IMG/VR virus record: IMGVR_UViG_3300016667_000489
Location: 1 to 48,591 of that record
Source: a virus
Taxonomy: Duplodnaviria > Caudoviricetes
DNA length: 48,591 nt
Direction: 5' to 3' (one strand)
The notes below the pieces were generated by a model, which saw nothing but the letters and a program-made list of their open reading frames with translations, was not told where the DNA came from and made no database searches. The position numbers and the translations under genes are program-made. Positions within the stretch are counted from its first letter, which is position 1; the number at the start of each line of letters is the position of its first letter. This document shows, piece after piece, positions 35,601-42,243 of this stretch.

Positions 35601-36327
35601 GCTCAAAGTTAACATCATTTGGACCCCACTTATTATAATCCGGCTCTGTCTGGTGAGAAGCAATGATATGCATATCTGCACCGGCTACGCAAGCGGATAG
35701 GGCGATGATATTGCCCTTTGCTTCCCGCTTAAGCATATCAAGATCAATGCGGGGATACTTGTAGAAACCGTCAATGTATGAGTTAGATACAATGCGGAAT
35801 AGGGTCTTTAGACCTGCCGTATTCTTTGGTAGCAGGACAAGATGATTACGGCGTTGAATAGGATCACGATACTTATTGGACTTACTATCGTCCTCGTTCT
35901 CTACAACCGTTCCACCTTCTTCATCTTCATCGGTCTTTACTACACCAGCCATTTCCTCGAGCTCTGCCTTTGCAGAAGCGAGTTCATCACCGATGCTATC
36001 TGGATTAGCGGCAAGACGCTTTGCTTCCTTTTCAGCAGCCTTGGCTTCATCCTGTGCGGTCTTAAGCTTACGCCAATCGGAAAGGGATGGAATGAAATAG
36101 GCTTCTACACCTGATAGAGCCTTAAAGGGAACGCCCTTGTCCTTTAGTTTCTTTGCATGGAGGTATTGATAGGAAAATCCGTTCATATTGCCGTGATCGG
36201 TGAGAGCGAGGGCATCTGCACCATTTTTAACGGCGTAATCAATATGGTCTTGAGGCATACCAATCCCATCCCCTACAGAGAAAGTTGAATGGGCGTGGAG
36301 GTTTACGAAGTGTTTAGGTGTAGTCAT
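32644..36327 (-). CDS. dnaE: DNA polymerase III alpha subunit
   Basis: PHP motifs HAHSTFS, TDHGN. Polymerase motifs RGSAGGSL, FERFL, PDIDSDF, SRHAGGV, KFDILGL, YSFNKSHA. Confidence 0.97.
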   Translation of the reverse strand: MTTPKHFVNLHAHSTFSVGDGIGMPQDHIDYAVKNGADALALTDHGNMNGFSYQYLHAKKLKDKGVPFKALSGVEAYFIPSLSDWRKLKTAQDEAKAAEKEAKRLAANPDSIGDELASAKAELEEMAGVVKTDEDEEGGTVVENEDDSKSNKYRDPIQRRNHLVLLPKNTAGLKTLFRIVSNSYIDGFYKYPRIDLDMLKREAKGNIIALSACVAGADMHIIASHQTEPDYNKWGPNDVNFELIQSELKDMIYAFKDALGEENYYLEMQFNRLGAQHLKNFHIMEAAKRTNTNLVVTCDSHYSNPDHWRERELYKAMAWASKSKDGVDVSKLPQKVEELKCELYPKNAQQLWDSYKSYAAGYDCYNDDVVRSAIERTWDIAHNQIGTVDFDRSVKLPVIEKLVPKTHLEDAIEKLGEGTDEDVLAFEELKRLAKIGLKNRKRDKDGEYIDRLVYELGVIKELKFAKYFLTYAKIMDIASKQMMIGNARGSAGGSLLSYALGITQVDPIRFGLLFERFLVRKKKGFPDIDSDFGDREKAVKLIGDYFGTENVISVSNFNQLQLRSLIKDVARLAGLPFDEINKYTGKIESEALAEAKKTPGFDRAGWVLTYEEAENNSASFRELMEKYPDFEKTIRVLFKQMRNVSRHAGGVIITSNPRDNMPIIKSGDVLQTPWPEGLNARHLEDFGLLKFDILGLGTLRMFEECIRKILRKTMPNRKYITFDMIKKWFDDNLHPDVNALDDMKVFKNVYWDSRYAGIFQFVQQNVQKFMAEMKPKNVTDIAIATSIFRPGPLGIGADKLYLNNRKNPSKIAYKHPLLEEVLADTSGLIVFQEQLQLIYHKLAGVPLEDTDAVRKAFTKKDLSNKEKAAKEREAMREDFANRCLATNNIAKEISYSIFDEMEKFVAYSFNKSHAVAYAITSYQCAWFLTYYPEEWITTYIDYCATEKGKQAGKEDPKAIALSEAKALGFTIGKPDVNLSEKEYTIRDGKLIPSFASLKHVGMTVLNEINEFRPYNNLEDLLFNPNDTWRHSKFNKRALATLIKLEAFESMGLVGEGKMFKNYRQLHHVLVDKGDDLKRAVNKKKKTHKEDLARIIAEAQELPDWDLKEKVEFSRALSGTVDIDLIVTPEIAEYFRTSGITSIDDWEDDEQWVWCIVKNAREAKTKTGKAYMRMKIYGASCTDMEVFVWNFKAGKDKIIPENSLILGRFKKSDFGLSTFFGTLEIISK

Positions 36328-36333
36328 GCAACC

Positions 36334-36362
36334 ATCTTAACACAAATATTTTATAATGTAAA
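36334..36362 (-). promoter_or_regulatory. Sigma70-type promoter for dnaE, leaderless
   Basis: gTTTACA-17-TAAGAT with TG extension, 6 nt before ATG 36327. Confidence 0.75.
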
Positions 36363-36378
36363 CCCGATTGAATAAAAG

Positions 36379-36407
36379 AAAAAAGCCGCCTGTTTTCAAG
36401 CGGCTTT
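36379..36407 (-). terminator. Intrinsic terminator
   Basis: AAAGCCGC/GCGGCTTT stem followed by a T tract. Confidence 0.75.
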
Positions 36408-36429
36408 ATTATCTTTTTAATGTTTGAAA

Positions 36430-36729
36430 TCAAACTCCGACTTCTGCGCCTTGTTCATTAACTGGACCATCGCCTGGAACCCAACCACCATCATATTCAA
36501 GTGGCCAATATTGTCCAGGGATTTCCATATCACGGACCAAAACGAATTCCGATGATAAAGCAATGTATTTACGTCTGCGATAACCAAGTTCCTTCATAGT
36601 ATCTGCAAGACCTTCTGGATCTCTAACAGATACTTGGCGAGATGCGTGGCGTCCTTCTGGAATACCAGCAGACATTTCTTCTACTTGTTCTCTAATAAGT
36701 TGTTTAAGTTGCTTTACTGTGATTTTCAT
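36430..36729 (-). CDS. Putative virion protein with leader motif
   Basis: MKITVKQLKQLIREQVEE, AGGAG SD. Confidence 0.7.
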   Translation of the reverse strand: MKITVKQLKQLIREQVEEMSAGIPEGRHASRQVSVRDPEGLADTMKELGYRRRKYIALSSEFVLVRDMEIPGQYWPLEYDGGWVPGDGPVNEQGAEVGV

Positions 36730-36750
36730 AATAATCTCCTATATACCACA

Positions 36751-37470
36751 TTAAATAGTATTAATGAAGCCTTTTATCCGTTCTTTGACTTCTGGAATAG
36801 ATTGATCCATATTTGTGGCATCAACATAAAAGAAGTTATCTCCAAATAACTGACGATATGGCTGTTCATTTGAATGAACCGATTGCCAGTTTTTTTCTAT
36901 TGTTCTATCTCTTAAACTTCTACCACCAGCTTCACCACGAGCACGATTACGTTCTAGAGCCGTTTCTATGTCTACATGAACAAACAACATAGCAACTTCA
37001 TATCCAGATGCTTCAAACGTTTTCTTTAAGTTTCTAATCGTATTATAATCGGCAGCAGTTCCATCTACTACGAAGTTCTTACCCTCCGCTGCTAATGCCT
37101 TCTGACGGTCTTTTGCTGCTTTTAATGCCATTGTAAAAGCTTTGCCATTACGTTGAGCAATCGATCTTAATCTCTCATATTCCGGCTTTAACTCTTCTAT
37201 TTTAGCAGTATCTCCAGCTTCAAGAGCAGCCTTCATTTTATTATTGATATCAAAGAATTCCAACTCAAACTTACCGATATTGAACGGCAATTTTTCTGCT
37301 TTAAGAGCTGCTTCATATGCTTCATCTGGATCTACAATTTCAAATCCTGTAATACCAAGACGACTACGTATTGTGCTCTTACCAGAACCAGGAGCACCAG
37401 CCATAAAGATAACTTTAGGTTTTAAGGCGCTTTCTACTAATAATCGGATATATTCTTTAAGAAGTTTCAT
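36751..37470 (-). CDS. Zeta-toxin/AAA_33-like P-loop kinase with leader motif
   Basis: Motifs GAPGSGKS, VDPD, VVDGT, ALERNRAR. Confidence 0.85.
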   Translation of the reverse strand: MKLLKEYIRLLVESALKPKVIFMAGAPGSGKSTIRSRLGITGFEIVDPDEAYEAALKAEKLPFNIGKFELEFFDINNKMKAALEAGDTAKIEELKPEYERLRSIAQRNGKAFTMALKAAKDRQKALAAEGKNFVVDGTAADYNTIRNLKKTFEASGYEVAMLFVHVDIETALERNRARGEAGGRSLRDRTIEKNWQSVHSNEQPYRQLFGDNFFYVDATNMDQSIPEVKERIKGFINTI

Positions 37471-37478
37471 GAGATTAA

Positions 37479-37796
37479 TTAATATCTCATTTTGGCATAT
37501 TCTTCATCAAAGTCAACATATAGAAGATTATCACGCTCCCAATCCTCGTTCAATACAACATGAAGATTTGTAGCGCCGTTGTGATCTGAAATAAATAACA
37601 AATCAAACTGATATGACCATTCCTTAACTTGTGGCTCTAATTTGTATCTTTCAACTATAACCCTCTTAAGAGCATCCTCTGCTCTATAACGATTAGCTAC
37701 AGAGTTATAATCTGCCAATGGCAAAAGTTTATAGATATCTTCAGTTAATAATCTACAAGCTTTAAGTGATGTTTTTTTATACGCTCGGGTCTTCAT
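37479..37796 (-). CDS. Hypothetical protein
   Basis: GGAG SD. Confidence 0.65.
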   Translation of the reverse strand: MKTRAYKKTSLKACRLLTEDIYKLLPLADYNSVANRYRAEDALKRVIVERYKLEPQVKEWSYQFDLLFISDHNGATNLHVVLNEDWERDNLLYVDFDEEYAKMRY

Positions 37797-37810
37797 AAAT
37801 CTCCAAAAAG

Positions 37811-37835
37811 AAAAAGCCGGGATTTCTCCCAGCTT
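37811..37835 (-). terminator. Intrinsic terminator
   Basis: AAGCTGGGA-GAAA-TCCCGGCTT followed by a T tract (minus strand). Confidence 0.75.
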
Positions 37836-37863
37836 CTATTCTAACTCAACTTTTATTATTTGC

Positions 37864-38268
37864 TTAAATCACACTATGACGTGTAGTGGCAGCAACCTCA
37901 ACCTTAAAAATCTCACCAAAGCTCTTATCCCCGGCTCCATGCTGACCAAAATCGTAGTATAGAACGCCCTCGGGGGCAATAAACTCAAGAAACATCTTAC
38001 CGGTCCAATAATCCCAGAAGGCACCTACATAGAGGCAGTTATCCTCTGCATGGAAGTCCTTAAACTCGGTTTCGGTGCTCTCACGGTCTGCTGGGATGGG
38101 ATCCTTTTCAATACGGGTTCTACCCTGGACAGGACGGGTTACATGAACAACCGTTCCCTTAGTGATTCCATACTTTGCCTTAAGTTCAAAGGCGATATCA
38201 AGCTTCTGCTTCTGAATCATAGCGGAAGTGACCTTTGCCTTGCTCTTGCCTTCAGTAATTGTTTCCAT
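37864..38268 (-). CDS. Hypothetical protein (SH3-like pattern)
   Basis: Own promoter. KGTVVHV...CLYVG...LEFI. Confidence 0.7.
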   Translation of the reverse strand: METITEGKSKAKVTSAMIQKQKLDIAFELKAKYGITKGTVVHVTRPVQGRTRIEKDPIPADRESTETEFKDFHAEDNCLYVGAFWDYWTGKMFLEFIAPEGVLYYDFGQHGAGDKSFGEIFKVEVAATTRHSVI

Positions 38269-38274
38269 ATCTTT

Positions 38275-38303
38275 ATATTATCAGACCGGTCTATAGATTT
38301 AAA
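38275..38303 (-). promoter_or_regulatory. Sigma70-type promoter, leaderless
   Basis: gTTTAAA-17-TAATAT with TG extension, 6 nt before ATG 38268. Confidence 0.72.
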
Positions 38304-38307
38304 CTTA

Positions 38308-38652
38308 TTATAATGCCATTAAGTAATAATTTGGTTCCCACATATCATAATGATCATCATAGAAGATATAGATTTTTTTATCATTATGTAAGAAGACGGC
38401 GGCTAAAAACTTTTTGTAATATTCATTGTTTTCGTAATAATCGGTATGATTATAGAGCTCCCAATGAGTAACCATTAATGATTCATCACCAATATAGAGA
38501 AGAGTGGCACCTTTTTCAAGAAAAGAGATATTGTCAAAGATATACCAACGAAGGTCTTCATCTGTTCTGTTGGTTGGGATTAGAGTTGCCGCAACCAAAC
38601 CAGGAGATATAACGGTTAATAAAGTTCCTGATTTTGGTCCACGGGTAATCAT
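38308..38652 (-). CDS. Hypothetical protein (SH3-like pattern)
   Basis: KSGTLLTV...GATLLYIG...FLHNDK. Confidence 0.6.
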   Translation of the reverse strand: MITRGPKSGTLLTVISPGLVAATLIPTNRTDEDLRWYIFDNISFLEKGATLLYIGDESLMVTHWELYNHTDYYENNEYYKKFLAAVFLHNDKKIYIFYDDHYDMWEPNYYLMAL

Positions 38653-38918
38653 TTAACAACTCTTACTTCATTCAAATCACAGAATATGTAAAATATTTGT
38701 TCTTTCCACAAGATTTTAAGACTATAACACAAATCTGTGTCATAACCTTTTACTTCTAGGCAGAGGAATATCTCTCCAATAGGGATTTTTCTGGAAAAGA
38801 ACTTATCTTCGTGGTATATACGTTTGCTGACGGAAAGAAAGTCAGCGGAAACAGAAATGGCAAATAATCCTTCTGGTTTAGTTGTCGCTAATAACTGTCC
38901 CGCTTTTATGTCTACCAC
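38649..38918 (-). CDS. Hypothetical protein (SH3-like pattern)
   Basis: IKAGQLL...GEIFLCLE...KILWKEQ. Confidence 0.6.
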   Translation of the reverse strand: MVDIKAGQLLATTKPEGLFAISVSADFLSVSKRIYHEDKFFSRKIPIGEIFLCLEVKGYDTDLCYSLKILWKEQIFYIFCDLNEVRVVK

Positions 38919-38948
38919 ATCTAACCACCCATAACTTAAATATGGGTA

Positions 38949-39281
38949 TTAGCGACGCTTTTTCTTTTTAAGAGCTACGCCAATTGGAACACTATTGGTA
39001 ACAGGGGTTATGTTATATGCTTTTTCGTCTGGAACAGAAGTATCTTGTTCTCCAAAAACTTCTTCTTCTAATGGCAAATCAAGTAAACGTTCTTCTTTAG
39101 GAACCCGATATGTTACTTCTTGGTAAGAAATCTTTGTTTCTTCTGCTTCAGGTGTACTAATTTCTGAATTTGTGGGTGAATCTTCTACGACAGATTGTGG
39201 AAGTGCTACGGGTGCTGCTGGTACCTGTTGAGTATATCTTTTTCTTTCGTATCTAGCTTTTCCTCTTTTTAGAAATGGCAT
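38949..39281 (-). CDS. Hypothetical protein, likely disordered, basic ends
   Basis: Follows the sigma module. Ends KKKKRR. Confidence 0.6.
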   Translation of the reverse strand: MPFLKRGKARYERKRYTQQVPAAPVALPQSVVEDSPTNSEISTPEAEETKISYQEVTYRVPKEERLLDLPLEEEVFGEQDTSVPDEKAYNITPVTNSVPIGVALKKKKRR

Positions 39282-39283
39282 AA

Positions 39284-39550
39284 TTAATCCTTTTTTAATT
39301 CGCTGTATGCACGGTGAAGAACATCAGCCAATGCATTGTGAATCTCTTGAGAATTCATCATTTCCTCAATCTTTTCACGATCCGGCTTAACCTCTGTTTG
39401 CTTAACTATATTTGTAAGAAGCTTTTGCAACGCTGACATAAGCTGATTTCTGGCGGTTGCATGGTTCATCTTGTAACCAGCATTTGTCATAATGGCGGCT
39501 ATCTTACGAAAGTCTATGCCCTCGTCTAATGTGATATATTCTTTTTTCAT
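39284..39550 (-). CDS. HTH protein resembling the missing sigma region 4.2
   Basis: DFRKIAAIM...MNHATARNQLMSALQKL. ATGA-coupled to the sigma gene, with an AAGGAG SD. Confidence 0.7.
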   Translation of the reverse strand: MKKEYITLDEGIDFRKIAAIMTNAGYKMNHATARNQLMSALQKLLTNIVKQTEVKPDREKIEEMMNSQEIHNALADVLHRAYSELKKD

Positions 39551-40272
39551 GGGATCTCCTTTATAACATCAAAACGTAGGAGAAGGATATATCTCTCCTT
39601 TTCAGACAAACTCTTAAGCGCATTCTTTACAAGACTAACCAATTCTAAATTGCCATATCGGGTTTCAATATTTTCATCTGAAACTAATAGGTCTTTAAGA
39701 GTATTGGTATTCTCACCGCCGCCAGACTTGATCTGTTCATCCATAGAACAAACATTCTTTGAACGATTTGCCATTGTAATGGATTGCAACATCTTTGCAC
39801 TACAACCATCTTCTTCTTTTTCCTTGGCATCGGCATTTGCAATGTAGTCCTGCAAAACTATATTCTCTTCTCGTAGCTTCTTCTGGATCTTATTGTTAGC
39901 GGTTCTAACATGAGAAGGAACGTGAATGATAGGCTCTACATTTAGAAGATAGTTGTTAATCGCTTGTCGGATCCACCATGTTGCATAAGTGGAGAATCGA
40001 TAACCAAGATCAGGCTTGTATCCCTCAATAGCAGATAGAAGACCTATGATGCCTTCCTGCATCATATCTTCCTTCAAGAGCATATATTCTTTCTTGTTAT
40101 TATAATACTTGTTGATTATGTAAGTAACAAGAGCCTGATTTTGTTTTACGATTTGATTACGAGTTTTAAGGCTTTTAGTAGAGACGTAATCAAAATAGAT
40201 TTGGTCAATCTTACTTGGTGCTTTCTCTAATACTGGCTCCTCTTCCATCAGATCCATTTTTATTGCTTCCAT
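39547..40272 (-). CDS. Sigma70-family RNA polymerase sigma factor ending after region 4.1
   Basis: DMMQEGIIGL, RFSTYATWWIRQAI, IHVP.H, SMDEQI, LSEKERYILLLRF, then a stop. Confidence 0.92.
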   Translation of the reverse strand: MEAIKMDLMEEEPVLEKAPSKIDQIYFDYVSTKSLKTRNQIVKQNQALVTYIINKYYNNKKEYMLLKEDMMQEGIIGLLSAIEGYKPDLGYRFSTYATWWIRQAINNYLLNVEPIIHVPSHVRTANNKIQKKLREENIVLQDYIANADAKEKEEDGCSAKMLQSITMANRSKNVCSMDEQIKSGGGENTNTLKDLLVSDENIETRYGNLELVSLVKNALKSLSEKERYILLLRFDVIKEIP

Positions 40273-40738
40273 CTTCTTTTATTTCTTTCTTGATCTTTCG
40301 GTCAACTGCCCACATAAGGTAGGTGGTAACGCAGCGTGACTTTACTTGTTCAAATCTACGCCGGTTCACATAAAGTTTCAACCGTTTAGACAACTTAAAT
40401 CCTGTTTTCCATGCGTCAAGCTCCTCTTCAACTCTTTTTACTTTATGAGTTATGCTTGCGCTTCCGAAGCTTTCAAAAACAGCATTATAACGTTCATCAT
40501 ACATACGATTGTTCTGGCATAGCATCATATGCCCAATCTCATGTAGCAATACATAGAACGTTAGTTCGGTTGTCCGGTCTTTCTTTATGACCAACTTGTT
40601 TTTATGAACAATAGCAGAATCTGCGTTAGGGTCTTTGCGAGAAACGTATTCTACTTCCCAGCCCTTACTGGCGCAATATTCTTCCAATACATGAATCTGA
40701 GACTTCCAGAGCCCACGAGATAGATTAATCTTACCCAT
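40211..40738 (-). CDS. HExxH metallopeptidase (ImmA/IrrE-like)
   Basis: LLHEIGH...EELDAW, GAGG SD. Confidence 0.7.
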   Translation of the reverse strand: MGKINLSRGLWKSQIHVLEEYCASKGWEVEYVSRKDPNADSAIVHKNKLVIKKDRTTELTFYVLLHEIGHMMLCQNNRMYDERYNAVFESFGSASITHKVKRVEEELDAWKTGFKLSKRLKLYVNRRRFEQVKSRCVTTYLMWAVDRKIKKEIKEDGSNKNGSDGRGASIRESTK

Positions 40739-40795
40739 TGGAACACCTCACAACCCAGTTTATCATGCCAAGAAAACTTAATAAACTACAGATAA

Positions 40796-41050
40796 TTAGT
40801 CGTTACCAACAAATATCATTAATCTAACGCCATTAAAATATTCCGGTAAAGCTTCTCGGGCGTTTTCGTCTCTGGTAAATACGTGAAGTGCCCAATCGAC
40901 ATATTCACGCTTCTCTGAATGACGTGGCTTACCATATTCATTATATTCAGCAGGACCGGCAGCAACAGATAATCCCCATATTCCATGCTTGCCATGATAT
41001 TCATCGATAAAGGGTTGTAAGACTGCTTGCACTTGTTCTTTTGTATTCAT
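40796..41050 (-). CDS. Hypothetical protein
   Basis: GGAGG SD before ATG 41050. Confidence 0.7.
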   Translation of the reverse strand: MNTKEQVQAVLQPFIDEYHGKHGIWGLSVAAGPAEYNEYGKPRHSEKREYVDWALHVFTRDENAREALPEYFNGVRLMIFVGND

Positions 41051-41065
41051 TTTTCCTCCAAATGA

Positions 41066-41097
41066 CAAAAGACGATCCCAGGATTGGAACCGTCTTT
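41066..41097 (-). terminator. Stem-loop ending the tRNA unit
   Basis: AAAGACG...CGTCTTT stem downstream of tRNA-Leu. Confidence 0.55.
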
Positions 41098-41102
41098 CAT
41101 TA

Positions 41103-41184
41103 TAGGATCACCCGGACTTGAACCGGGACGCCTTTTGGGCAGCAGATTTTAAGTCTGCGGTGTCTGCCTTTCCACCATGATCCC
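41103..41184 (-). tRNA. trnL: tRNA-Leu (UAA)
   Basis: GGGATCA/TGATCCT acceptor, GCAGA-CT TAA AA-TCTGC, long variable arm, GTTCAAG T-loop. No encoded CCA. Confidence 0.93.
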
Positions 41185-41234
41185 TCACATACCTTAATCT
41201 ATCTCACTATCATTAACTTGTAAACTGCTTTTTA

Positions 41235-41316
41235 TACCAAAGGTGGGACTCGAACCCACATGAGGAAACTCGGCGGAGTTTGAAGCCGCTGCGTATACCA
41301 ATTCCGCCACTTTGGC
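41235..41316 (-). tRNA. trnL: tRNA-Leu (CAA)
   Basis: GCCAAAG/CTTTGGT acceptor, GCGGC-TT CAA AC-TCCGC (31:39 mismatch), long variable arm, GTTCGAG. Confidence 0.88.
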
Positions 41317-41323
41317 AAAGTTA

Positions 41324-41590
41324 TCAATCAATAGCCGGGGGAAGCTTTTCAATCTTTGAAAGATAAAAATCAACATCAGCAGGAGACAAATGACCCAAAA
41401 CATCATGGGTAATCCCGCTATCATAGCACAACTCAAAATCTTCAAGGTCTGAACCAGTAAACTTAACAACCGCCATTTCGGTTCCGTATGAGAATGAATG
41501 ACATACCACACTTGCACCATAACCGTTATCAAATCGGTAAATGGTTTGAATGCCACCATTCTTTGGAATACTAATCTTTTGCGTTGCCAT
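41324..41590 (-). CDS. Phage hypothetical protein between tRNAs
   Basis: MATQK...YRFDNGYGASVV...SYG...EMAV...ITHDVLGHL. Confidence 0.75.
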   Translation of the reverse strand: MATQKISIPKNGGIQTIYRFDNGYGASVVCHSFSYGTEMAVVKFTGSDLEDFELCYDSGITHDVLGHLSPADVDFYLSKIEKLPPAID

Positions 41591-41613
41591 TTTTCTTTCT
41601 CTTAAAAATGTTA

Positions 41614-41686
41614 TCCGATACCTGGGAGTTGAACCCAGCACGCAGACTTTATAAGAATCCGCAGCCCAACCGGGGACTCGTATCGG
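41614..41686 (-). tRNA. trnI: Atypical tRNA-Ile (UAU)
   Basis: CCGATAC/GTATCGG acceptor + A73, anticodon loop CT TAT AA, CTGGG-TTCAACT-CCCAG T-arm. Non-canonical D-arm. Confidence 0.78.
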
Positions 41687-41705
41687 GTTGGTTGGCTATA
41701 TCCTC

Positions 41706-41734
41706 AATATAGCACGGTAAGTCTTGTGTGTAAA
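41706..41734 (-). promoter_or_regulatory. Sigma70-type promoter for the tRNA unit
   Basis: gTTTACA-17-TATATT with TG extension. Confidence 0.78.
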
Positions 41735-41741
41735 CTATTTA

Positions 41742-42002
41742 TCAAACTTTCCAGCCGTCTGTTTTTAATAAGGATTTAATTTCATCGGCGCTTAAATCAC
41801 CGGAAGTATCCTTATCAGACTTATCCATATCTCTTACCATATTTCGGTAATAAGATACATCAGCGGTTACTACTAAAGTTTTCAATAACACATTTGGATC
41901 TAATGATACACAAGATGCTACAACAATAGTAGCTAAATCAGGATCTAAACCTTTAAGAATTCTACGGACATATTCTGCATTTAGGTTATCAGATTTGCTC
42001 AT
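41742..42002 (-). CDS. Hypothetical protein
   Basis: MSKSDNL... The C-terminal DKDTSGDLSADE resembles an EF-hand loop. Confidence 0.55.
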   Translation of the reverse strand: MSKSDNLNAEYVRRILKGLDPDLATIVVASCVSLDPNVLLKTLVVTADVSYYRNMVRDMDKSDKDTSGDLSADEIKSLLKTDGWKV

Positions 42003-42029
42003 ATCATTAAATAGCAATGATATGTGAAA

Positions 42030-42240
42030 TTAAGCTCGCAGCCGACCCAACAATTCATCCGTCCAAGATTACTGTCAGATCGGCTACTTCCCTTTAAACA
42101 AATTCACCAACATCAACAAGGGCTTCCCCAAAAATCCAATTACGGGGCTCAACGTTGGCTATTAGCCCTTTAAACTCCAAGAGTATTCACAATCGAAGGG
42201 CTAAAAGGGGACAATTGAGAATAGGACATTCTCAAGGAGA
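42030..42240 (-). ncRNA. Candidate structured ncRNA
   Basis: No ORF in the track. Several stems, with G-U pairs favouring the minus strand and a duplicated hairpin module. Confidence 0.4.
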
Positions 42241-42243
42241 CTA

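Noticed and set aside
1463-36327. Inteins or introns in nrdA or dnaE
   Set aside because: Both ORFs are continuous and of normal or short length, with no C...HN splice motifs or LAGLIDADG blocks recognised.
41235-41316. Reading the second tRNA as a UCA opal suppressor or Sec tRNA
   Set aside because: The stem only pairs in the register that centres CAA. The body has Leu features (A73, long variable arm).
41194-41641. ORF 41194-41559 and the 5' extension of 41324-41641
   Set aside because: They run through tRNA genes. The credible CDS is 41324-41590.
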